Position numbers and translations under genes: made by a program
The notes under the pieces: generated by a model
The model's database searches: none
Told to the model about the DNA's origin: nothing
Seen by the model: only the letters and a program-made list of their open reading frames with translations
Part shown: positions 12,012-23,800 of the stretch, piece after piece
Numbering within the stretch: the first letter of the stretch is position 1
How the letters are laid out: each line of letters starts with the position of its first letter
DNA from: Hyphochytrium catenoides
Lineage: Eukaryota; Protista; Hyphochytriomycota
Length of the DNA: 61,864 nt
NCBI GenBank assembly: GCA_900088475.1
Contig: FLMG01003767.1
Location: 1-61,864 of the forward strand
Direction: 5' to 3'

Positions 12012-12032
12012 CCCTAACCCTAACCCTAACCC
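12012..12032. repeat. Interstitial telomere-type repeat (CCCTAA)3CCC
   Basis: ccctaaccctaaccctaaccc is directly visible. Confidence 0.85.
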
Positions 12033-13402
12033 GTCTGTGCAGGGTTAAGCAACCACTACCGTTTTGTCCTCGGTCACGCCGGCCCGCTAGCGCCACATAA
12101 TTAGAGCGCAGATATCCGCTAACGGTCTAACCGCCCTCATTCTTCAATCATTCTGAATTCTGATGCCACAGAATGGGCGTTAGCGGTTCTTAGACGCTGA
12201 AAGGATGAGCTCCGACAACGCGTTAGCGGAAGCCTAACACTACCTTGGACGGCTTAGCGGCCAAGGAGTGGGCTCGGTCGAGGGGAAAAAGAGAAGAGAC
12301 AGAGGTGAGATGAGTGAGTGAGAGTGGCCGCAACAGACGAGGAAAGAGATAGAAGGCATGAACTGCAGAAGACAGCGTGCCCAGTAAACAGGAAACGGTG
12401 TACGGATTGCTGCGCACTAAAAGGCGGCCAGGCGCTAATAATAATGCCTAATAACTCTTCATAGGTGCTTTTTTCCCTGGTCGTGCCGTAGAACTACTAG
12501 GAGGTCCCGTGCTTGTCGTTCAAGCCAGTCTCTCTTCTCCTTCATCACTCTTTCTCCCTACAATAATCCTCAACCCTTCTTTCCCTAGAACTACTACTAC
12601 TACTACTGACACAGATAAAGCAGTTCTGAACAGAGAGAGTGCAGCCGTCACCTCCCTCTCTCTCTTTCTCCCTCTCTCTCTCTCTCTCTATCTTTCTCTC
12701 TCTCGTCTCGTCTCGTCAGTCCTTTGAGCCTTATTACTTGAGAACGAGGTCAGGATACGGAGGAGGAGAGGCACCTGAGAAAATCTAGGAGGGTTGATGG
12801 ACTTTCCCTACTAGTCCAAATCGAGTAAATAAAGTGCACACCACCCGGAGTAGACTTCAATACTCCTCATTTCTCTTCATCTTGGGGACTACGTCGTTCT
12901 CTCTCTTTCTCTCCTTCTTTCTCTCTCTCTTTCTCGATATAGAATATTATTATGGCACCCTCCCACAGCCTTAGCGACTCTCTGCTCCTTGGGCTCTCTT
13001 TCTCTCTCTCCCTTTCCTGTCCCAGCCAGCACCACGGTCAGTGGTTCTATGGGGACAAACCCCAGCAATCTCCTTCATGGATTGTACATCAGCCCAAATT
13101 TCTGAACGGCTCTTGCTGCTCGACCATTATTTGCCTTCCTTTTATGGTAAGTAAGGGATGAAAGAGCCAGAAGAAGGGGTATGGTGCGTACGACCGGAGA
13201 GAAGAAGTAAGAGGTTAGTGAGGAAGACAGGAGAGGAGTCTGCACCAATGCGACAGGCCGAGTGTTGTCAGTTCTAATGTGATCAGATGATGCTTCCCTG
13301 GGCTTTATCTGTGTCAAGGGTGCTTTGCTAACTAAGGTCAAGTACTCGATGCGTAATGTTTGTGCTCAGTTGGTCTATTCTCTCCCTCTCTCTCTCTCTC
13401 CT

Positions 13403-13436
<34 letters not shown>

Positions 13437-14167
13437 GCTCTCGCTCTCTCTCTTCCCTTGTGTCTTTCCCCTCTATTGTTCCTTCTAGCTTCTGGCTCTA
13501 CTTTTTGCTCAATTCTTATCTCCTTTCCAATGCGCGCGACTGTCTCTTTTTTCCCTCTGCTATTTTTCGTCCTCGCTATCAGGCTCACAAGAAGGGAGAC
13601 TCTGACCCACAACTCAGAATGATTGCGTGGCTCTCTTAGTAATCGCGCATCTCCTTGTGTGTCACTCTTGCCCTTCATCCCACTCTGACTATGGTGATTC
13701 CAAGCTATCCCGCTTCGCATAGGAATCTCAGGTAGAAGGGGAAAAGTGTTTTTCACGGGAGAGCGGCTCTGAACTAGAGCGTCGACCGCGGCGGCCGCTA
13801 TCGAGACTCCAATGGCCCCCAGACAGCCATTCTAGTCTGAGGCCAGCCCTGCTGTAGATTGCTGGAGAGAGAGAGACTGAGCTCCCGAAAGCCCCCTCAC
13901 TCTCAGCGAAGTCTTTCCAGGCTGCTGTTTGTCGGCTGGTCCTACAAGATATCATCTCCTCTTTAGGCGAATCTATTCCTCACCATCAAGTGGAGGGTGA
14001 TCTCTGAGAACAAGGAGATAGGCATTGAACCCCCGACGAGCGTTGTCTCTCGCTCTCCCTCTTTTCCTCGCACTCACCGAAGCCCTAGCTTCAGTTCGTT
14101 CTCTCTGTCTTTGATTCTCTCCTGCCCACTTCTTCCAGACCGACAACGTCGAACTCATTAGCTAGCC

Positions 14168-15886
14168 ATGGCGGCCGACGGTGACGCCGACAGCCCCCGA
14201 CAGGAGGAGAAAGATAGTGCGGGCGGCTTGATAAACGATGGATCAAGGAGTGAGCCACCGGGCAACTCTACCCTTGCCTCTGTCGGAGGAGAAGACTTGC
14301 CCACCTCCAGCTTCGATTCTGCCCTTCTAGCAGACCGCTCGTCCACAGTAGCTCACTACCTCCAACTCCCAAGCAGACGGCACTACACCTCTTCGGGCGA
14401 AGGAGGGCCCACTGCCGCCCATTTGAACTACAGCGGGAGCAGCATCTCGGGCGATGAGGACGATTATGATATTGATATGTATATGGCAGAGGTCACGCCA
14501 ACAGCCTCCACAGAAGAAGCAGATGAGCTTCAGAGCATGGAGCTATCGAAGGAGAAGAAGTGGTTCCGGAAGAGCCGGAAGAGTAGCTTGAAGGCTGAAA
14601 GAGAGGCAATGGGTCTTGCTTCCTTGGACAAACTGACAGAGAAGAACCCGTCCGCTAGCCCCTGGAGGGCAAGATCATACATCGTCCTCTTGCTTATCAT
14701 TATTAGCTGTGCGCTTCTGCCTATCACTATGCTGGTCTGGTACATTCGCGATCTCTTAGTAGACCCGGAGTACTGGGTAGCAGTCACTGGGCAGATGGGA
14801 AGGGATCCGATGGTACAGAGAGCCGTTAGCATCGCTCTCTCTCAGCACATGGTCAAGGAGATCCCTGAAGGCGTAAGGACAAGTTTGGAGGCCAACGGTA
14901 CCTATGATGATGTTCTTTTCCTCATCAACTCCACGTCACGCAGCGTTGTGAACAGCACAGCCTTCCCTGAAGCCTTCGACAAGGCCAGCTTTGCCGCTCA
15001 TTCGGTCTTTGTCTTCGCTTCCACGGGAGAACAGTCGTCACCCGCGGTAGAAGCAGAGCCTGGGCAAGTCTATCTAAACCTTTCTTCTTTAGCGGTTCAG
15101 GTGCGGGACGACCTAAGCCAGGAAGGATATGCAGCAGTTGTGGGGCCAAACACCACGGAGCCTTTCTTGATTGTCATCATCAACTCGACGGCACTGGCGG
15201 CGAATCAAGGAATTGTGAGAGCTGTAACTTCCTTTTTAGCCTTAGGACTGCTTGTCATCGTCATGATGATGTTTATCTCTGCGATGTCCGTGGCTACGAA
15301 CAGGAGGCGGGCATTTGACTTCATCTGCGTGGGCATTGGAATCGGCGCCGTCTCTCTTGGCTTGGTGGCAATGATCTCCATGGAGTATGCCTATTCTGGA
15401 GACTCGACAGAGCTTGGGCCGGTAGTTTCCAAGCGCATTGAGTTCTATATGTGGTCACCGCTTTGTCAAAGGGCTCTGATAGTCTATGCTGTCTTTATTG
15501 GCGTCTACTTTGCCTTACGAATGGCATATGCGGTGAATGAAGCGAGGAATAGCAATGTGACGACCAGGAATAGATATAAAGCTCTTCGGAGGACGTTCTG
15601 GATCTGGGGCCCCGTATTCTTTATGAGCGTTGCGGGCTATGTCCTCTTGGTCTACGGCTTTGTCTTCCTTGGACGTAGCTACGCGTACAGGGATGAGGCC
15701 ATCCTTGTTCTCTCTCTCGCTGGGGGCCTGGCGCTGCTACTGATCATGGTGTCAATGGTGATGAGACATCACACGAAGCGTCAGCAGACAAAGGCAATAG
15801 AGGCGTCAGGTTTAGCTAGTTCCTCAAGGGCCGCAGATGGACAGCGCGTGAGAAAGCGTGATTCCCCAGAAGCAAGTCCAGCCTGA
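14168..15886 (+). CDS. Intronless multi-pass membrane protein resembling an actinobacterial integral-membrane family
   Basis: 572-aa ORF: low-complexity N-terminus, one TM, a ~150-aa soluble domain, then about five TMs. Confidence 0.85.
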   Translation: MAADGDADSPRQEEKDSAGGLINDGSRSEPPGNSTLASVGGEDLPTSSFDSALLADRSSTVAHYLQLPSRRHYTSSGEGGPTAAHLNYSGSSISGDEDDYDIDMYMAEVTPTASTEEADELQSMELSKEKKWFRKSRKSSLKAEREAMGLASLDKLTEKNPSASPWRARSYIVLLLIIISCALLPITMLVWYIRDLLVDPEYWVAVTGQMGRDPMVQRAVSIALSQHMVKEIPEGVRTSLEANGTYDDVLFLINSTSRSVVNSTAFPEAFDKASFAAHSVFVFASTGEQSSPAVEAEPGQVYLNLSSLAVQVRDDLSQEGYAAVVGPNTTEPFLIVIINSTALAANQGIVRAVTSFLALGLLVIVMMMFISAMSVATNRRRAFDFICVGIGIGAVSLGLVAMISMEYAYSGDSTELGPVVSKRIEFYMWSPLCQRALIVYAVFIGVYFALRMAYAVNEARNSNVTTRNRYKALRRTFWIWGPVFFMSVAGYVLLVYGFVFLGRSYAYRDEAILVLSLAGGLALLLIMVSMVMRHHTKRQQTKAIEASGLASSSRAADGQRVRKRDSPEASPA

Positions 15887-18313
15887 GAAGTGAGGGACAG
15901 CACGACTGCCCCCATCGCCTACATCTTTTCAAGGACAACATAAGGGAGTATCTTCTGTCACGAAGGAGGACCCGTCAAGACTCATGGCTGTGAAGGCTAA
16001 GAAGTAGTAGAGACGCAACGACGGTACCAAAGGAGGCTGCGTTATCGCAAACAATCCTATTGTCACGACCTGCAGCGCCAACTTGTTCCAGCTGGCATTG
16101 CCCTCTGCCCTTCAACGATCCTGACTTCCAGCCTAGAAGCGAGGAGAATGCCCGGTCACTCGTCCGTCTTCAAGCGGAATGTCATACCCTTTAGCCTAGC
16201 AGCGTCCCAAGAACTGAGCAAAGAACAAAGGATATGAGATTAGGAAGTAGCTGGGTCTGTCATAGGCGACGATGTCATGAGAGATTCATCCTCTCAGAAG
16301 CGACCTGCTGCCTTCACTTGAGAGTTATAGACTAAGTATATTGACCGGCATGGATCTCAGACATCAAAGAGTGTGCCGTCCTCCTTAGACTCTTCTCGTT
16401 CTCTTTTGTCCCGTTCATAGCTCATTGAAGAAGTGAAGCCTGTAAGCTCGCGTCGCCTGTAAGCTCGCGTCGGTGCCTGTGAGCTCGGGCCGGTGCCTTA
16501 TGAGAGTGAGACCAAAGGTCACATGATGGCGGAGAGGCGCGAGACAAGGAGAGAGAGGAGCAGCAACAAGCTATGACATTGTTGGCCAGTAGCCGAGGGA
16601 TAGTATGTAAGGGACAGCTCCTCGTCCGCGGCACTGAGTGACGCATCCAGCGAGGTTCTTGGGAATGAAGAGCTAGAGGCAGATGCTGTCTGAGAGTTAG
16701 TTTAACAGTATCTTTTTCATAGGCCTCTTATAGACAATGGAGGATAAGAGCAACGAAGAGCCGCGCTGCCACCACCATCGTCGTGATGCCTGTCCTAGTT
16801 CCTCGGGCTCTCCCTCTTTGTCCAGCTCTGCTACTGTGCCAACTGTCACTAGAGCTTTGTCCACTTCAGCGCTTGTATCGACATCATTGGTGCTTCTTCT
16901 TCTGTGCACATCAGTGTCTCCTACCGAAGTGATGATAGGTCAGACACGTCGAGGAACCAGTCGTCAGGAGAGACGAGGAGGCCAACGAAGAGAAGGACGC
17001 TGGAGGAGAAGCGTCACCTCTGAGATGATGACGCTAACAATGATTGTAAGGATCCATGAAGGGAAGAGATGAAGAGAGGAAGATGGCTTAGAAGATGAAA
17101 GAGGACAACTCGTCTTCTTCTTCTTCTTCTTCTTCCTGTTGTGTCTCACATCAGCAGCAGCGTGAAGATGCAGACCCTTTCTCTTTGAGGGCTTCCTTGT
17201 ACCTCTTCGTCCCGCTAGACTGGTAATAAGATAGGAAAATAGAGACTCTTTCTTTCTTTCTTCTCTCTTTGTCTCTCGCGCTGTCTCTTATTTTCGTCGG
17301 TCATGGCCTACTTGAGAGTTGTACAAGTACGAGAATTTCCAGGAGCTGATACTTATACTTATGCCTGTAATACCATACAGCAACACAGCAACATATGTTA
17401 GTCGATTTACAAATAATTGCGTATTTCTTTTATTTTCCCAAGTTGAATTACTTACCTCAGGTTTACCGAGGTTAGGGGATGGATGGGTCATCTCCTTGCA
17501 CTGGAAGAGGAGCGAAGACGCTGCCCATCCATCCTGTGTTGTCATAGTCACGAGAGGTGGTCGATGTACTCTACCCACCCGCCCATGCAGTTGTGACTAC
17601 CCCGACTCCGTGATAGAAAGACAGCTAACCTTTCTTCTTCTTTGCATGTTGAGGTTCTACCCGGACTCTTACTCTCTCTCGGCAAATGATGCCAACAGTA
17701 ATAAAGACGAGTGTAGAACTAGGACCCTGTTCGCAGACATACTTATAAGGTAGCTTATTAGCGATAATCATCTCTCTACAGCAGAGCTCAGTTGAGAAAC
17801 GCAATCTACCGTGCAAGTGCTCTTTCCTTATTAGCAGTGACTAACGAGAGACACCTCTGTGCTACTCCTCAGCCCAAAGACTCAACAACTCTGTTCTCTA
17901 ACAACTTCTACATAGAAAGTTGACTCCACTTACAAAACAGTAGTAGAACTATGTGGTAGTATTCTCTACAGTAGATCAACTGAGAGGTTCAGCTGATATT
18001 CGGTATAAATGTTGGAATAGCGTACTGATGGTGGATAGAGAGTGCAGTTCTGGAATCTCCAAACCTAAGATGTGGCAGTGATGGACCCAAGCCAGTCCAG
18101 ATAAGGTGTGAGCCAGCGTGAAGTGGAGATGGAAAGGAGTAAGAGACAGAGGGAGTCGATAATACAGCTTTTGATCAGATATACGCTCCGATGAGGTATT
18201 AGTACAACGAGGAAGAGAGACATCAGAGATATAGCGTAGTTCTAAAGCTCTAAACTTCCCGAGACGGCTGTGTTCTCTCCCTCTCTCTCTCTCTCTTTCT
18301 CTCTCTCTGTCCT

Positions 18314-18356
<43 letters not shown>

Positions 18357-18438
18357 NNNNNNNNNNNNNNNNNNNNNNNNNNNNNNNNNNNNNNNNNNNN
18401 NNNNNNNNNNNNNNNNNNNNNNNNNNNNNNNNNNNNNN
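18357..18438. other. Assembly gap (others at 19066-19120, 42284-42344, 47628-47647, 55890-55948, 59154-59207)
   Basis: N runs, several adjacent to CT microsatellites. Confidence 0.99.
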
Positions 18439-18665
18439 CCCCCTCTCCCTCTCTCCCCCTCTCGTTCTCTCTCTCGGGCGTTGATCTTAGGTCACACAGA
18501 TCCTATGAAAGATTTTGGACCATCCGAGAGCCCCAGAATCATTCAACCCAGAGTAACGCCTGTCTCATGGTCTTCTCTCTGCTCTGCTCTCTCCACAAGT
18601 CAAGGAAGAACCATTGCAGGAGCAATGATGTCATCCAGCATAATAGTGGCAGTTTACCCAGTCTA

Positions 18666-18699
<34 letters not shown>

Positions 18700-19120
18700 T
18701 CTCCGTTTGTCTCCTTTCCTCTCTAACCTTTCTTTTGTATAATCTCGATTCGAGGGCTGAGAAGCTTCTTATCCTACAGCGTGTTCGGGCCTAGTTTTCC
18801 ATCTCTGACCCTTGGCAAGGTACGAACAACTTGAAGAAGACAGAAAGACAGAGAGACTCGGGACCTAATAGGGGAGAGTCGAAGGGAGAGAGAGAGAGAA
18901 AGAAGGAGGGAGAGAGAGAGAGAGAAGAAGAGAGAGAGAAGAAGAGAGAGAGAAGAAGAGAGAGAGAGAGACTTAGAGAGAGTCATCGTCAGTCCAAGCC
19001 CATAATACACCCAATACTGCAGAAAGCAGCGCCTGATACTGATCCTGCTGGCTAGGAGCAGAGAANNNNNNNNNNNNNNNNNNNNNNNNNNNNNNNNNNN
19101 NNNNNNNNNNNNNNNNNNNN

Positions 19121-19180
<60 letters not shown>

Positions 19181-19548
19181 CCTTCTCCTCTCTCTCTCCT
19201 TCTCTCTCTCTCTCTGAATCCCTCACACACTCTTCCACCCTGCCACTGTGTCTCGTGCCCCTTCACCCTACAGAGATCCCAATTCCAGCATTCTTATTGC
19301 AGAGCTGAAGTGCAAAAGTTAGGACAGGGCGCTCGCGCCGCCGAGGAGATCCCGAAGTTCCGATCTCACTCTCTCCATCGCTCCTCCTTCACCAGCAGCT
19401 CATTGATTTCTCTCGTTGTCATTGGAGCTTCAGATCTCTATCATCGGCTGAGCTCATTGACACCACGGACAAAAGGAGACCGCGGCAAGATCTAAAAAGT
19501 CAGAGACATTGAGAGAAGCGTTGGACTATAAGCAACGGCGAAAGAACG

Positions 19549-20791
19549 ATGGTGATTCTATCACCTCGTCTCTTAGCATTTCTTTGCCTGTCGATGGCAG
19601 CTTTGCTGTCCATCAGAGCGCTAGCCCAGGCGGCGGACGAAGGTACCCCAGCGAAGCGATCAAAAAGAAAGAGAGATGTTGTCGAGGAGAAAAAGAAAGG
19701 GAGAGAGAGCTAGAGAACTAGAGCGAGCGTGTGGCACGAGAAGAGACGAGGATCACAATCAGAAAAAGGAGCAAGAGCGTGCGAGAGAGTGAGAGAGAGT
19801 GTGTGTGTGGAAGAGAGAGAGAGAGAGAGAGAGAGAGTGACAGGTGAAGGGATTAGGTCCACAATTTGAAAGTCGAGTATTTCCCTCTCTTTCACACACG
19901 TTTGGCACGGCCATCACTTCCATATCTCCTACCTTTGCTCTTTCTTCTCTGTCTCGCACTGACCTTCCCTTCTCCCTTTGTCTCTCCCTCTTCCGTGGCT
20001 CTCCCTCTGTAGGATTGCTTTACTGCACAGGGAAGATGGGCAGCTTGGCCACCACTTGCGCCAAGCTCTCTGTCAATCCTGAGGGGCTGGAGGAGTGCTG
20101 TGCCATTGCCGTAGAGCTGAACGAGCGCAACTGCTTTTGTTATCCAGAGATCACGACGAAGATGTCCGATGAAGAGAAAGAGCAGACTAAGATGCTTATC
20201 ACCGGGATGTGCAGTAGAGGAAAGTTTATCACGGGCGCAGAATGTCCAGCTGCGCTCAACAAGAGTCCAGCTGCTGAAGGAACCCCAACGAGTAGCACGT
20301 GAGACACTCTCAATCTCTTCGCTCCCTCCAAGGGAGAACTCCTCTTTCTGATCTCTGCAGTGCCAATCTTCTTGTCCCAAGTGGTCTCAGTTGTCTCGTT
20401 CTTCTGCTTACCGTCACTCTGCTTTCCTCTTTCTGTATGTCTCTCCTTCGCACTTCTCCCGTCTCCCTTATCTGTCGGCCTGACTCCGGGCTGTGCCATA
20501 GGCCACCGACTCCCCACGCTCCCGTCGTGGTATCTAACGGACAGTTGGGAGAGATCATTGCCAATCTCTCCCCTGAAGAAATACGGGAGCTTCTAGCTCT
20601 CTCGGCAGACCTGATGGACACGTTGAATAACATGATCTTTGGGGCGATGATTATCTACGGCATCTGTGTGCTCTGCTATGTTGCTGTTCTGGTCTACATG
20701 CGATGGAATAGGAACTCGGCACTACGTGGAGATTCAAGCGCAGCCAAGAAGGTCTGCAACATCCCCTTTTCTTCCTCTTTTCCTTCCTCCA

Positions 20792-20826
<35 letters not shown>

Positions 20827-23800
20827 TTACTACTGTTTTCCTCTCCTCTACAAGAAACTCCCTAGTGCTAGGACCTGTCCTTTCTTACAACGGCCACTTG
20901 TTTCTTCATCACTTTCTCGCACAGATGTTCTCACGACCGTCCCGCTATTAACGTCTCTTTCACTCTGCGGATCTTGTTGTCAGGTCATCCTTCCTGCCTT
21001 TGAGCCTCTGCTTTGGTTTATGGCCATCGACAGTATGGCTTGGTGGGGCCTATTTATTTATCTCTGGATAGAGAAGAGTGCTGACGAAGTAAGTAAAGCA
21101 TTCCTTTGACACTCTCATTGCCAATGATCTAACCCTCTCTCCTCTCTCTCTCTCTCCCTCTCTCTCTCTCTGCCCCTCTAACTTGATTAGCGGCACATCC
21201 GTCCCCTGTTTTTCTCCCGCGTGGGGATTATCTTGGCCCCCATCATCCTTCTTTATCACAAGTCCCTCTCTTTCCGGAACACTGGGATGTCCATCCTCTA
21301 CACTCTGATTATACAGGCACTTCTTATCGTCCCCTCTACCATTGACGTTATGTCTAAGTCAGAAGCGGAAGACTTTGGCACCAACCCTTGGTCGAAGAAC
21401 TCTATGTTGATGGCTTATCTTCGTATTCCTGTTATCCTTGGGATCATCTTGGCCATGGTTTACCGACCCGCTAGAGCTAGGTAAGGACCGTCAAGAATAT
21501 TCCTTGGTTGCGAAATTCCTTGACTAACACCGACGTTGTGTCTCTCTACCCTCTCTCTTGCTATTCTCTCTCCTCTCTTTTTTCTCTCATCCTCTTACCG
21601 TCATCACTTTCTTCCTGACCACGTAACTGCCCGTGTCCTCTCTCTCTCTTTCCGCCTCTGCTTGGTTACCTTCTCAACACATCCTCTACTCATGCCCTAC
21701 AGCCCGTTCACCCTCATGCTTTACCTGGGCTGTTGCCTGATGATAAACCTTCTCTACCTAAGTAACCTGATAGTGCAAGCTGCAGCGTCGTTTGGTAGGT
21801 GGAGCTGTGAAGCAGCACTGCTTAGCTCCTATCTCGTTGTGTTCCCTCTTTGCTCATGAAGCTTCCACACTTCCATCAGATCGTCCGGAGCTGATGAAGA
21901 CGGCTATGAATATTGGATGGGGTTGCTCCGTCTCCTGGCTATTCATCCCTCCTCTTACTTGGCTTCTATTAAGGGCAGACACAGGTGCGCGCTCTCTTAG
22001 TATCACCGCGAGGTCTAGCTCTTAGAAGAGGAATGAGAAGAATTAGAGGAGGGCTATGAGGAACTTGGTATCCCTTTCCTGAACAATTCCTCATAAAATG
22101 TGTCCTCCTCTGTCACGAATTAGACTTCTGGAGAGGCAAAGGACATCGTGCTGCCCTGATCATGCAGAAGATGGAATGTGAGAAGGATATGCCTGAGACG
22201 TAAGTCTTCACCTCTCAAAATTAGACAGGAAGAGTCAAAGCCATCTCACGCGCCTCCTTAATCCTCTCTGTAGCATCTGTGGCGATAAGATCCATACCTT
22301 CCTGGATGATAACAGGAGCTACTTCATCGATTTTGCCTTCATCAAGATGAATGAGAAGGTTGCAACCAACCTTGGTCGCACTTCCGTCTTTGCAGGGCTG
22401 TTGCATAACCAGATACCTGTGGCGATCACTGTGAGTGCCAGCCATTAGGCCGCTTCCCTCTTCCTTGTCCTGTCTCGGTTACTCTATAGGTAACAGATGT
22501 AACGCTAATGCCACTTGATGCTGTCGTAGATTTCAAATCAAGGAGGGAACCTCACGGACCAGCAGCTGTCCAGTGCCACCCGCCAAGCGATTCTTTGCTC
22601 AAAGATGAAACATCCAAATCTAGTAAGTTCTCCTCTTCTTCTTCTCGTTTGTCTACCGCATCAGCAGCACATTTTCTTTCTTGATCGCTATTATGATCGC
22701 TAGTCTAACTCTATGTTTTCTCTCTGCCTATCTCCCAGGTTCGCTTCGAAGGCATCTCTCTCCTCCCACCTCACATATTGATGCTTCACGCCTTACATGA
22801 GAAAAACCTCAGCACTGTTATCGGCAACGCTAAGCGGTCGATGCTTTTGGACATCTGCATGATGCTGGATGCTGCCAGAGCCGTCGCATACCTGCACCAT
22901 GCCTTCAGCCCTCCTATAGTACACAAGCATATCGTGACCGAGAACTTCCAATTGGATGAGAGCGTTAGGAGGTAAGACTCTAAAGTAGTCTAACAGAGCA
23001 GAATGTTGAGCAGACTGCTGATATCCTCATCCACCTGCTTTCCTACCCCTTCCATCTCTCTCCTTTGCTGCTCGGCCGTTCCTTGTATATGAACCTAGCG
23101 ATGGAAGGATCAGACTTGGAGGGTTTGAGCAAGCCATGCAACTGAGGCATCGCAATGGATCTACTTACCGAGTTTCAACTGTCTGCCGTGTAGAGGATGG
23201 GCCTTATCTGGTAAGAGGAAGTGGCAACCCGCCTCAGAGGTTTTCGTCCCGCTTTGTCTTCCTCTGTTGTTTCTCACCGCTATGTCCATCGCAAGCATCA
23301 TGAAGTGACAGAGAGCTAACCGATCTCTTGCGTGTAGGCTCCCGAGGTGCTAACTCATACTCTGAACTCCAGGAATGCCACTGCCGCGGACATTTACTCC
23401 TTGGGCATCGTATTGTAAGTTTTTGCTATAGCTCCACACGACATAAGGCTAAACTTCAAAGAAGGGAGAGAGGCCTAGAGAGGTTTAGGCAAGGCTGAAA
23501 GATGTTGAGAAGATCTCTGCTTTCCTCGTGCTGACGATGAGTTCCCGTCTGGCAGGTGGGAGATTGCGACCAAGTCTTCCTTGGCGGCCTATAAGACCAC
23601 GAATATTGTCCAGGTAGACTCTTCTTCTGTTTCTTCACCTGTTCTCGTGTTCTTGTGCAGAACTCAAGGGCTCTGCCTCTCTCTTGCTTTGTTTGTCCTC
23701 GTGTAGCTTCGCCATCTTGTTGGAGAGGAAGGGGAACGCCCCCCGATCGAGTGCATCAAGGATGTTGACCTGCATGAGCTCCTGCATAGCATGTGGGCCG

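Noticed and set aside
12952-13640. Possible small spliced gene
   Set aside because: Splice-like signals are present, but no coherent ORF or motif could be assembled.
17448-17565. U1 snRNA-like (TACTTACCT...TTGCACT)
   Set aside because: The loop order is wrong, stem-loop I and the Sm site are missing, and it is better explained as a minus-strand AG|GTAAGT donor.
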